Assembly: GCA_020184695.1 (NCBI GenBank)
Contig: JAANOX010000275.1
Location: 62,001 to 126,000 of the forward strand
Source of the DNA: Histomonas meleagridis 2922-C6/04-290x
Lineage: Eukaryota; Protista; Parabasalia
Length of the DNA: 64,000 nt
Direction: 5' to 3'
The notes below the pieces were generated by a model. That model saw nothing but the letters and a program-made list of their open reading frames with translations, was not told the DNA's origin and did not search any database. Both the position numbers and the translations under genes were made by a program. This document shows, one piece after another, positions 42,253 to 53,588 of the stretch; the first letter of the stretch is position 1, and the number at the start of each line of letters is the position of its first letter.

Positions 42253-45200
42253 ATGAAATCCACGAGAAAAAATAGGCGAACAAAGTCCAGGTCAAAAAAG
42301 CAATCACCAAAAACAATAAGCGAACCTTCATATGCTGAATCTCAAAAAAATACAAAAGATCCTATTATTTATAAAAATTATGGTTTATTTGCCACGTCAT
42401 CTCTTTCCATTCCTAACGAGCCAAAATTATCTCAAATTTTTCATCCTGAAAATGATGAATTCTTAAATTTTTTTTTAAAAAAACGAACGATAAAATCTGT
42501 TAAATCCATAATCAAACAAACACCTCCAAAACAACCACAACTACCACAAACATTACAAGAACATGATTCAAACTATAAAGGAAGTATGGCTGCCAAACAG
42601 TCTTCTGATTCATCAGAAGAAATAAATCAAGATTCCAAATCAGTCGGTTATAATGAACCAAGTGCCGAAGTAAATGAAGCAAGCATGGAATTTGATGATG
42701 AAGTAGTCATGCCACCATCAGATGATTTAGACGATTTTATTCCTCAACAAAATAGTCAAGAAGCGGAAATGCAAAATACTGAATGCAAAAATATGCAACA
42801 ACAGGAAATAAATTCACAAATAGAAGATCAATTATATAATACTAACGATATTCAAACAGTGCTAAGTAATGATGAATTTGATAATGACAACAATCAATTT
42901 CCGCCATCACCAATTAATGATGAATTTGATAATGATAAAAATCAAAGTCATGTACCAATTAATGATGAAATTGTAAATACTAATAATCAAAGTCAAATAT
43001 TCCCAATTAATAGTGAATTTATCAATACTAATAATCAAAGTAAAGAACCAATCAATAGTGAATTTATTAATCCTAATAATCAAAGTCAAGAATCAATAAA
43101 TAGTGAATTTATCAATACTAATAATCAAAGTAAAGAACCAATCAATAGTGAATTTATTAATGCTAATAATCAAAGTAAAGAATCAATAAATAGTGAATTT
43201 ATCAATACTAATAACCAAAGTCAAATATTCCCAATTAATAGTGAATTTATTAATGCTAATAATCAAAGTAAAGAACCAATCAATAGTGAATTTATCAATA
43301 CTAATAACCAAAGTCAAATATTCCCAATAAATAGTGAATTTATCAATACTAATAACCAAAGTCAAGAATCAATCAATAGTGAATTTATTAATATTAATAA
43401 TCAACGTAAAGAACTAATTAATAGTGAATTTATTAATGCTAATAATCAAAGTAAAGAATCAATAAATAGTGAATTTATTAATGCTAATAATCAAAGTCAA
43501 GAATCAATAAATAGTGAATTTATCAATACTAATAACCAAAGTCAAATATTCCCAATTAATAGTGAATTTATTAATACTAATAATCAAAGTAAAGAACCAA
43601 TCAATAGTGAATTTATTAATGCTAATAATCAAAGTCAAGAATCAATCAATAGTGAATTTATTAAAACTAATAACCAAAGTCAAATATTCCCAATAAATAG
43701 TGAATTTATCAATACTAATAACCAAAGTCAAGAATCAATCAATAGTGAATTTATTAATACTAATAATCAAAGACAAGAATCAATCAATAGTGAATTTATT
43801 AAAACTAATAACCAAAGTCAAATATTCCCAATAAATAGTGAATTTATCAATACTAATAACCAAAGTCAAGAATCAATCAATAGTGAATTTATTAATATTA
43901 ATAATCAACGTAAAGAACTAATTAATAGTGAATTTATTAATGCTAATAATCAAAGTAAAGAACTAATTAATAGTGAATTTATTAATGCTAATAATCAAAG
44001 TAAAGAATCAATAAATAGTGAATTTATTAATGCTAATAATCAACGTAAAGAACTAATTAATAGTGAATTTATTAATGCTAATAATCAAAGTAAAGAATCA
44101 ATAAATAGTGAATTTATTAATGCTAATAACCAAAGTCAAATATTCCCAATTAATAGTGAATTTATTAATGCTAATAATCAACGTAAAGAACTAATTAATA
44201 GTGAATTTATTAATGCTAATAATCAAAGTAAAGAATCAATAAATAGTGAATTTATTAATGCTAATAATCAAAGTCAAGAATCAATAAATAGTGAATTTAT
44301 TAATACTAATAATCAAAGTAAAGAATCAATAAATAGTGAATTTATTAATATTAATAATCAAAGTAAAGAATCAATCAATAGTGAATTTATTAATGCTAAT
44401 AATCAAAGTAAAGAACCAATCAATAGTGAATTTATTAATCCTAATAATCAAAGTCAAGAATCAATAAATAGTGAATTTATTAATATTAATAATCAAAGTA
44501 AAGAATCAATAAATAGTGAATTTATCAATACTAATAATCAAAGTAAAGAACCAATCAATAGTGAATTTATTAATCCTAATAATCAAAGTCAAGAATCAAT
44601 AAATAGTGAATTTATCAATACTAATAATCAAAGTAAAGAACCAATCAATAGTGAATTTATTAATGCTAATAATCAAAGTAAAGAATCAATAAATAGTGAA
44701 TTTATCAATACTAATAACCAAAGTCAAATATTCCCAATTAATAGTGAATTTATTAATGCTAATAATCAAAGTAAAGAACCAATCAATAGTGAATTTATCA
44801 ATACTAATAACCAAAGTCAAATATTCCCAATAAATAGTGAATTTATCAATACTAATAACCAAAGTCAAGAATCAATCAATAGTGAATTTATTAATATTAA
44901 TAATCAACGTAAAGAACTAATTAATAGTGAATTTATTAATGCTAATAATCAAAGTAAAGAATCAATAAATAGTGAATTTATTAATGCTAATAATCAAAGT
45001 CAAGAATCAATAAATAGTGAATTTATTAATACTAATAATCAAAGTCAAGAATCAATAAATAGTGAATTTATTAATACTAATAATCAAAGTAAAGAACCAA
45101 TCAATAGTGAATTTATTAATGCTAATAATCAAAGTCAAGAATCAATAAATAGTGAATTTATTAATACTAATAATCAAAGTCAAGAATCAATAAATAGTGA

Positions 45201-47814
45201 ATTTATCAATACTAATAACCAAAGTCAAGAATCAATCAATAGTGAATTTATTAATATTAATAATCAACGTAAAGAACTAATTAATAGTGAATTTATTAAT
45301 GCTAATAATCAAAGTAAAGAATCAATAAATAGTGAATTTATTAATGCTAATAATCAAAGTCAAGAATCAATAAATAGTGAATTTATCAATACTAATAACC
45401 AAAGTCAAATATTCCCAATTAATAGTGAATTTATTAATACTAATAATCAAAGTAAAGAACCAATCAATAGTGAATTTATTAATGCTAATAATCAAAGTCA
45501 AGAATCAATAAATAGTGAATTTATTAATACTAATAATCAAAGTCAAGAATCAATCAATAGTGAATTTATCAATACTAATAATCAAAGTCAAGAATCAATC
45601 AATAGTGAATTTATTAATACTAATAACCAAAGTCAAATATTCCCAATAAATAGTGAATTTATCAATACTAATAACCAAAGTCAAGAATCAATCAATAGTG
45701 AATTTATTAATATTAATAATCAACGTAAAGAACTAATTAATAGTGAATTTATTAATGCTAATAATCAAAGTAAAGAATCAATAAATAGTGAATTTATTAA
45801 TGCTAATAATCAAAGTAAAGAATCAATAAATAGTGAATTTATCAATACTAATAACCAAAGTCAAATATTCCCAATTAATAGTGAATTTATTAATATTAAT
45901 AATCAAAGTAAAGAACCAATCAATAGTGAATTTATTAATGCTAATAATCAACGTAAAGAACTAATTAATAGTGAATTTATTAATATTAATAATCAAAGTA
46001 AAGAATCAATAAATAGTGAATTTATCAATACTAATAACCAAAGTCAAATATTCCCAATAAATAGTGAATTTATTAATGCTAATAATCAAAGTAAAGAATC
46101 AATCAATAGTGAATTTATTAATGCTAATAATCAAAGTAAAGAATCAATCAATAGTGAATTTATCAATACTAATAATCAAAGTAAAGAATCAATAAATAGT
46201 GAATTTATCAATGCTAATAATCAAAGTCAAGAATCAATAAATAGTGAATTTATTAATACTAATAATCAACGTAAAGAACTAATTAATAGTGAATTTATTA
46301 ATGCTAATAATCAAAGTAAAGAATCAATAAATAGTGAATTTATTAATGCTAATAATCAAAGTAAAGAATCAATAAATAGTGAATTTATCAATACTAATAA
46401 CCAAAGTCAAATATTCCCAATTAATAGTGAATTTATTAATATTAATAATCAACGTAAAGAACTAATTAATAGTGAATTTATTAATCCTAATAATCAAAGT
46501 CAAGCATCACCACTAAATAATGAATTTGTTGCTAATAACCAAACCCAAATAGCACAGAATAAATCCGAGATCATAAAAACTTCACAAGGTCAAATTGCAC
46601 ATGCAACATTTCGCGCATCTAATCAAACCCCAATTCATAGTGAAGCCATTCATACAAATTTCCAAGTTCCAACCAATAATAATCACAATCAATCAGTACC
46701 AAGTGTACAAGTAATGTCGAATCACTTCGCATTCCTTAGCAAGCTTGCGTACAATATTCAGGCACTCAGTAAGGCAAATCTCAAGGAGTCAATTGCGTCG
46801 AACATCCAGCAAAAAAAGTTATCATTATTAACAACAAACAAAAACGCGATTCCACACAGTGATCCATATCATGTCCAATTTCCACAGCCTCTCATAACAT
46901 CGCATGTTCATGAACATCCAATGGCAACGCGTGCGAGCAGTAACTCACCTGATAACAAATTCTCGAAGAAAAACACGTCAGATATAAATGTACAACATGT
47001 AAAGCGAATAATTCCGATTCAACAGCAGAACCCTAGTGTACGCAAAGTAAGCTCCAAACAAAAGCCAAAGCAAAATAATGAAATTAAAAATTTAAAAATG
47101 ATAAGCCCAAGATTCCCAACAAAAAGACGATACGCCAGCATAGACGAAATAAACGAGTACGGCAGGTGGGCATGGGAGGCGAAGGAGAGGCCCAAAATCG
47201 TGACGGAGCCCGTAAATTCGCTTCTTATCGCGTACACAAACATGAACAGCATCGAACCGTCGAAAACCGCGAGTAAAGTACTGGAAAATGTCGGTTATGA
47301 TTTCGCAAAGTTTTTGGTGCTTGGAATACCTGGAGATAGAAGTACAAATCAAATAAGCGAAAGAAAACATCAGATAGGAAGTAAGGGTAATGGAGTGACG
47401 CCTGTTAGAGCATTTTCTAGATCAAAGTTTTACCCATGTCATAAATACTTTAGAGAAATTGATACAGAAACAAATTTGGCAATAGCTTACTTGGTTAGAA
47501 ATACAGGGAAAATATTGGCAAGATATGCTGGAACTAAATTAACAAAGAAATATGGAATGTCAGAATTAAACAAAATCGCAGAATCAGTTTGGAAGGAATA
47601 TCAAATTAAAAATTATGAAGGCGACAATGTCATGTTACCAAACGCTTTGGATAATCTGAGAAAATTATTTGCATTGTTTGACGCAATACAGAAAAGTAAC
47701 ATTAGTTATACGTGCGATGTTATGTCTATTCCAAATAACAAAAATATGGCCAGAGAAATGCCGTTGGATAAAATATTTCGGGATTATCTAATTAGAAATA
47801 ATTTGTTTGAATAA
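42253..47814 (+). CDS. 1853-aa Asn-rich tandem-repeat protein
   Basis: Uninterrupted ORF; basic N-terminus, ~1180-aa repeat region, unique C-terminal domain. Confidence 0.85.
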   Translation: MKSTRKNRRTKSRSKKQSPKTISEPSYAESQKNTKDPIIYKNYGLFATSSLSIPNEPKLSQIFHPENDEFLNFFLKKRTIKSVKSIIKQTPPKQPQLPQTLQEHDSNYKGSMAAKQSSDSSEEINQDSKSVGYNEPSAEVNEASMEFDDEVVMPPSDDLDDFIPQQNSQEAEMQNTECKNMQQQEINSQIEDQLYNTNDIQTVLSNDEFDNDNNQFPPSPINDEFDNDKNQSHVPINDEIVNTNNQSQIFPINSEFINTNNQSKEPINSEFINPNNQSQESINSEFINTNNQSKEPINSEFINANNQSKESINSEFINTNNQSQIFPINSEFINANNQSKEPINSEFINTNNQSQIFPINSEFINTNNQSQESINSEFININNQRKELINSEFINANNQSKESINSEFINANNQSQESINSEFINTNNQSQIFPINSEFINTNNQSKEPINSEFINANNQSQESINSEFIKTNNQSQIFPINSEFINTNNQSQESINSEFINTNNQRQESINSEFIKTNNQSQIFPINSEFINTNNQSQESINSEFININNQRKELINSEFINANNQSKELINSEFINANNQSKESINSEFINANNQRKELINSEFINANNQSKESINSEFINANNQSQIFPINSEFINANNQRKELINSEFINANNQSKESINSEFINANNQSQESINSEFINTNNQSKESINSEFININNQSKESINSEFINANNQSKEPINSEFINPNNQSQESINSEFININNQSKESINSEFINTNNQSKEPINSEFINPNNQSQESINSEFINTNNQSKEPINSEFINANNQSKESINSEFINTNNQSQIFPINSEFINANNQSKEPINSEFINTNNQSQIFPINSEFINTNNQSQESINSEFININNQRKELINSEFINANNQSKESINSEFINANNQSQESINSEFINTNNQSQESINSEFINTNNQSKEPINSEFINANNQSQESINSEFINTNNQSQESINSEFINTNNQSQESINSEFININNQRKELINSEFINANNQSKESINSEFINANNQSQESINSEFINTNNQSQIFPINSEFINTNNQSKEPINSEFINANNQSQESINSEFINTNNQSQESINSEFINTNNQSQESINSEFINTNNQSQIFPINSEFINTNNQSQESINSEFININNQRKELINSEFINANNQSKESINSEFINANNQSKESINSEFINTNNQSQIFPINSEFININNQSKEPINSEFINANNQRKELINSEFININNQSKESINSEFINTNNQSQIFPINSEFINANNQSKESINSEFINANNQSKESINSEFINTNNQSKESINSEFINANNQSQESINSEFINTNNQRKELINSEFINANNQSKESINSEFINANNQSKESINSEFINTNNQSQIFPINSEFININNQRKELINSEFINPNNQSQASPLNNEFVANNQTQIAQNKSEIIKTSQGQIAHATFRASNQTPIHSEAIHTNFQVPTNNNHNQSVPSVQVMSNHFAFLSKLAYNIQALSKANLKESIASNIQQKKLSLLTTNKNAIPHSDPYHVQFPQPLITSHVHEHPMATRASSNSPDNKFSKKNTSDINVQHVKRIIPIQQQNPSVRKVSSKQKPKQNNEIKNLKMISPRFPTKRRYASIDEINEYGRWAWEAKERPKIVTEPVNSLLIAYTNMNSIEPSKTASKVLENVGYDFAKFLVLGIPGDRSTNQISERKHQIGSKGNGVTPVRAFSRSKFYPCHKYFREIDTETNLAIAYLVRNTGKILARYAGTKLTKKYGMSELNKIAESVWKEYQIKNYEGDNVMLPNALDNLRKLFALFDAIQKSNISYTCDVMSIPNNKNMAREMPLDKIFRDYLIRNNLFE
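42960..46520 (+). repeat. Coding minisatellite, roughly 75-80 units of 45 or 48 bp
   Basis: Unit Q-[SR]-[KEP/KES/QES/KEL/QIFP]-INSEFIN-[TAIP]-NN; higher-order block repeated at offset 1503 bp. Confidence 0.97.
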
Positions 47815-47937
47815 AAATAAATGTTTCTCCATTTTCCTAATGACAAAAGTTATCAAATTTTATATCTATGTTTTTAATCAAACATTTGACAAATTTAATT
47901 ATCTCTCCAAAAATTTGGTCCTAATACAAAAAAGTCG

Positions 47938-48744
47938 TCAGCGTTCATTGTCATTTTTCGTGAACTCCTTTTTCCAATTTATCGAAGATCTCTTACTTGG
48001 ATTCTGGAAACGGAGTTTATTGAGTCCACCTTCACTTGCTTTAGAGAATGCTTCACTAATACTGTCCAACCAGCGCTCTTCGAACCTTACAATTTCATCG
48101 AGAATTTTTTTGGCAGTTTTTTGATCATCATCTTCTTCAATATAAGTCGGATGTAATTTTGACCTATTTTGGCATAGCGTATTAAGGCCTTCGAAAAAAT
48201 GCTGAATTGATTCAATTCGGCCAGATAAAATGTTATCACAATATAAGTAATGACTAATCACACTACCAGATTGATATTCAGATGTATCTATAAAAGAACT
48301 TCGAATAACTATTGCTATGGTTTGTTTTGGTAGGTCATAAACACCAATTGCAGAATTTTCATGATAAGAACGACGAACATATCCAATAAAAATGTTTTGA
48401 AGACAGTCACGTAGTTCCGATGGCTCTGTTTCGGGATCTCTTCTTTCGCCTACTGCTGAACATGTGGAAAAATCATATTGAAATGTTTTACAAGCGATTG
48501 GATCATAAAATGTTCCGTCTTTTTGAAGTGCTTCAGGGCACAAAATAGCACCATAGTTTTGAAAAGGAACGTATGTGCATTGTCGCAAATTCCATTTGAG
48601 TATCGTTTTTGCTCTTGCCTCGAGAAGAAGCGTTTTATCAACAATTTCCGAGAGCAAGGAATAACATTGTTCGTATTCTTCTGGAAGAGAATTATAAAGG
48701 ATACTTGCAATTACATCTGTTGCATTTTCCTTGTTTTCTTCCAT
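47938..48744 (-). CDS. F-actin capping protein alpha subunit-like
   Basis: FYDPIACKTFQYDF, YVRRSYHENSAIGVY, GRIESIQHFFEGLN parallel FLDPRNKISFKFDH, YVKDHYSNGFCTVY, GVLKIQVHYYEDGN of capping protein alpha. Confidence 0.75.
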   Translation of the reverse strand: MEENKENATDVIASILYNSLPEEYEQCYSLLSEIVDKTLLLEARAKTILKWNLRQCTYVPFQNYGAILCPEALQKDGTFYDPIACKTFQYDFSTCSAVGERRDPETEPSELRDCLQNIFIGYVRRSYHENSAIGVYDLPKQTIAIVIRSSFIDTSEYQSGSVISHYLYCDNILSGRIESIQHFFEGLNTLCQNRSKLHPTYIEEDDDQKTAKKILDEIVRFEERWLDSISEAFSKASEGGLNKLRFQNPSKRSSINWKKEFTKNDNER

Positions 48745-49096
48745 TTTTTTTAACGTTTTTAGTAAACGTCTTCTATACTTGAACTGTCATTTATCATTTT
48801 ATCAAAATAATATCATAACTATTTATAATATTTCTAATTTTCGTGAGAGATATTATAAATAATGTATGAAAAAATATATATTCTTAAGAATATATATAGA
48901 CTAATTAAATTAAAATAATTCGAATACTTTCGATTTATAATCTCATGAAGTTAAAATGATTTTTTGGGAATATTCAAAATATCTAATTTATAAAAAATGA
49001 CCTATTAAATAATTTGGATAAAAATTAATAAAAAAAAGAAAATTATATTATAATAAAAGAATAATGAAAAAAGAAAAAAATTAATAAAAATAGGTA

Positions 49097-49165
49097 ATCA
49101 TATCAGTATATGTAGGAACTCGCCGGTTGACATGATATAGGGAAGAGGGTGGGCAAGTAAATCAT
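49097..49165 (-). ncRNA. Candidate small ncRNA (box C/D-like), tentative
   Basis: Isolated GC-rich island in very AT-rich intergenic DNA; minus strand ATGATTT...CTGA 63 nt apart; 9-bp stem completed by a G-U pair only on the minus strand. Confidence 0.25.
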
Positions 49166-49458
49166 TAAATTAAAAAATAGATGAAATGTCAAAAACATAA
49201 AAACACGAATTTTGAAACAAAAAAATCATAATCTATAAAAACATCATTTTTTATTAAAGATACACATCATATTAATAATTATTTTAAAATTGTAAACACT
49301 GTAATTTTGTCTATATATGTTTTTTTGGAAGCCTACTTTTCATTTTATATAATATATAGAAACGCAACATTAAAATTCCTAAATTATTAAGTACATTTGA
49401 AATCAAATTACAAAAATAAGTATGTTTTTATTAACTAAATTTCTAAACACCTCCTTTT

Positions 49459-51190
49459 TCAAGGTATAACACTAATATTTGTGTCAATTCCTTTTTGTTG
49501 AAGAAGTAAATTTATTATTTCAGTGTTACCTTTTTCATTTGCTAAGATGAATGATGTTTTAAATGTTCCAAATAATTTCCGAATATTATTTTGAAATATC
49601 AAATAATTTAAATATTTTTAAATAAAATAAATAATTATCTTTTTCATTAATTGCAATATCTTCATTAGCAAGAAGTAATTTAACTATTTCAATGTGTCCA
49701 TTTAAAGATGCTATCATAAATACAGTTCTAAATAAAGTAATTATTCTCCAAATATCATATCAAAACAGAATATTATCAAAACAAATTTCAAACAAAATAT
49801 ATTAACATTTTTATTATGTATATTAATTCCATCTTGCATAAGAAGTAATTTAACTATTTCTGTATGACCATTTTTAGATGCCCAAATAAGTGCTGTATTA
49901 AATAATTTAAATAATTTCCAAATATTATTTTGAAATATTTAAAAATTATTAAAATAAAATTTAAACAAAGCAAATATATATTTTTAGCATTAATATCAAT
50001 TCCTTCTTGTTCAAGAAGTAATTTAACTATTTCTGTATGACCATTTTTAGATGCCCAAATAAGTGCTGTATTAAATATTTTAAATAATTTCCAAATATTA
50101 TTTTGAAATATTCAAAAATTATTAAAATAAAATTTAAACAAAGTAAATATATATTTTTAGCATTAATATCAATTCCTTCTTGTTCAAGAAGTAATTTAAC
50201 TATTTCTATATAACCATTCCAAGATGCATACATAAGTGCTGTTATTAATATTTTAAATAATTTCCAAATATTTTTTCGAAACGTCATATTATTAAGAAAA
50301 ATATAAAATAAAATTAATAAATATCTTTAGCATTAATATCAATTCCTTTTTGAGCAAGGAGTAATTTAACTATTTCTGTGTAACCTTTTATGGATGCTAA
50401 AATAAGTGCTGTCAAAAATAATTTGATTAATTTCCAAATATTATATACAAACATCAAATTATTAAAATAAGTATAAAATTAAACAAATAAATGTTTTTAA
50501 CATTAACATCAATCCCTTCTTGTCTAAGAAGTAATTTAACTATTTTTATATTTCCTTTTTGAGATGCCAAAATAAGTGCTGTGTGAAATTTTATGAATAA
50601 ATTCCAAATATTATTTTGAAATATTAAATTATTAAAATAAATTTCAAATAAAATAAATAAATATCTTTAGCATTAATATCAATTCCTTCTTGTTCAAGAA
50701 GTAATTTAACTATTTCTATATAACCATTTTTAGATGCTTTTATAAGTGCTGTTCTAAATAATTTAAATAATTTCCAAATATTATTTTGAAATAGTCCAAA
50801 ATTATTAAAATAAAAATAAAATAAAATAAATAAATATTTTCCCCATTGATATCGATTCCTTTTTTCTCAAGAAGTAATTTAACTATTTCTGTATTACCTT
50901 CTTGAGATGCTAATACAAGTGCTTTATTAAATAGTTTGAATGATTTCCAAATATTCTTTTAAAATAAAAAATTGTTTAAATAAGTATTAAATGAAGAATA
51001 TAAATATTTTTGGCATTTACATCAATTCCTTTTTGTTTAAGAAGTAATTGAACCATTTCTGTATTGCCTTTATAAGATGCATAAATAAGGTCTTCATTAA
51101 AAATTGTAAATAATTTCCATATTTTAATTTAAAATTTTAAATTATTAAAATAAAAATTGAAAATTAATAAACAATTTTTTGTAAAGATAT
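49459..51190 (-). repeat. Tandem array: 87-nt ankyrin block + 82-86-nt AT-rich spacer
   Basis: Block starts at 51095, 50925, 50752, 50582, 50412, 50242, 50069, 49896, 49726, 49557 (periods 170,173,170,170,170,173,173,170,169). Confidence 0.95.
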
Positions 51191-52358
51191 ATATCCTTCA
51201 TTGATAAGATAGTTAAAAAGTTCTTCATTACCTAAAAATGTTGAATTTTCAGAAAAATTTATTGATATTGGATGTTTTTCAAAAAAATATTGTAAAGTGA
51301 ATATTACCAGTTTCAATTGATTCAATAATAAGATATCTATTGAGTTTCATTCCTTCTTTTTCTAAAAATGAAAGAATGTTAAAACTATTATACAGAATAC
51401 ACTTTATTGCCAATTGTGTTAAATTTATGATTTCAATATTACCTTTTCCATAAAGATAATGAAAGATATCATTTCGATGGAATTCAATTGCAGTTTCATA
51501 TGCATCTTCAAATGATGAATGATTCTGCTCACATAAATGAATAATTTCTTCATTTCCACCTGCAACTGCATATTTACCTGTATTTGTTACATTTGCACCA
51601 TTCATAAGTAAATATTTAAAACATTTAACTGAAGAAAAAAATGCTGCATAATCAATTAATGTAATATTATCTTTATTAATAAAAGAACATCTTTCATAAA
51701 GTGATGGTTCAATTGTTTGATTAAAATCAAAATTTGTTTGTGATGATATTTCTTGAAGTTTTTCTATTTCATCATTTCGAATTATTTTTGCAATTTCATT
51801 TGGATTATGTCCTTCTTTAATATATTTTTTATGAAGTTCCCAATCATTCTTTGATAGCTCATTGAAGTTTTGAAAAAAGTAAACTGAGAATTCGTTGGAT
51901 TTAAATTTTTCAATTTCTTCATATGAAAAGCATTGGGCAAAATAATAAGTTTTTTTCAATTTACATATTTTTGAATCAATTAATTCATTTTCAATCATTT
52001 TTTCAACAAGATAATTTGATTCTTGGGTTCTAATAAATAACAGAAATTTGGTAAAAACAGTTATGAATTTATAACGCAAATTATTTGTAATTTCATTTTC
52101 TTTAATATCAATTTTTTGTAAATATTGGAAACATAATTTATAAACATTTTTTGAAACAAAATATGAATATATAATTCTACATGTAATGAGTATGAATGAA
52201 TACGCTAATTCTGCATAAAAGTAAAATAAAAAAATGGTCGATTCTATTGATTTATCAATGTTATTTTCATTTAAATCAAAAATAACATTCTCGAGGTTTT
52301 GTAACATTTGTAAGTTTTTCTTATAATCGGGTGTTACCTGACTTTGGTTTCCACCCAT
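49459..52358 (-). CDS. DUF3447-type ankyrin-repeat protein interrupted by ten non-canonical spacers
   Basis: MGGNQS start with TCATT Inr; IDYAAFF...YAVAGGNEEIIHLCEQ domain; T-run slip near 51280; ten open ankyrin blocks ending at TGA 49459-49461. Confidence 0.7.
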
Positions 52359-53555
52359 CCAAAAAAATGATTTTTGAGTAAGATGTAAAATAATGTATAA
52401 AAATGTACATATGTAAATGAATGATTTTTTTTAACATTAGAATATTTAATTCTAAAAACAATTTACAAATTAAAGATACTTTAATGATTAAATTTCCTAA
52501 TGAAAACCCATATTCTAGAAATTTTATAAAGTCACTTTTGTTATTAAACAAAAAGGTGCGAATTGATAACATGTTATACATTTCATTTGTTTTGGAAGTA
52601 AAAGATTATGAAATATATATAAAATTCATTATAGGAATTCAAAAATCGAAACACCATTTTTAAAGAATTGTCTATATTTTAGACAATATGGGTTTGAATC
52701 TTTTTATCTTCTTGATAAATTAATTGATTATGGTTTTATTGAGCCATACATTTTCAAAGATTGTTTTCCAAAAAAAAAATTTCAAATCGGAGTTTCGGAT
52801 AAATTTCATAGAAAAATCGCGAAAATTTCGAAGAACTTTCCAAAAATGATCTATATAGATAAATTTATAAATAATTATGTACTAATTTTTTATGATATGT
52901 AAATTTATCTATACTTTCATTTCAATAACGTTATTCTTATATAATTTAGGCAAAAATTCTCATCAAATTCAGATTGATGATTCATTATGTATAAAAATAT
53001 AAAGCATTATAAAATTAACCAATATATTTTCAAAAATTATATCATGTTCACGCGTTTGTATATAGGTATCTATTTATTATTAATATATATTGGATTAGAC
53101 CACTTTTTGAAAATGAAACGAACAATATGAATTCAATATTTGAATTAAAGAAATTCCTAATTTTACCCTTATATTTGTCGGTTACTAGATATCCGTTAAG
53201 TAACTTCACTTTTTTATTTAAATCTGCCATCTCAATTTCACTTAATGAAACCCAAATAATCTGGAAAAAAATCGTGTAAAAAGATTTATTAAATTTTTTT
53301 CCCCTCTTAACTAGATGCACACCAACTCAAATAATTAAGTCTAATCTATATCATTAATGTTCTTTCTGTGTTCCAATATCGAATCTCAATTTGCAAAAAT
53401 ATTTATATCACTTTTTGTTATTGTATGTTAAACGCAAACATGTCACACGACAATGAAAAAGACACTTTCTTTCCTCAGAATTTCTTTAACAAAACGGTTC
53501 ACCCGAAGTCACTTTTAGTTCAAAATGAATGAAAAAGTTAATTGAAGCAATATTC

Positions 53556-53563
53556 GGCGGTTA
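53556..53563 (+). promoter_or_regulatory. M3-like element (GGCGGTTA)
   Basis: Consensus match 25 bp upstream of ATG 53589. Confidence 0.4.
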
Positions 53564-53588
53564 TTTGTTAATCTGGTCAAATTAAGCG

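Noticed and set aside
42960-46520. CRISPR-like array
   Set aside because: Contiguous in-frame coding repeats without unique spacers, in eukaryotic context with no cas genes.
49558-51190. Ankyrin spacers as U2 GT-AG or U12 AT-AC introns, or as a -1 frameshift cassette
   Set aside because: No conserved GT; the recurrent AG overlaps the T-A codons, would delete the ankyrin core and is missing in units 9-10; AT...AC excision does not restore frame; one spacer has stops in both relevant frames.
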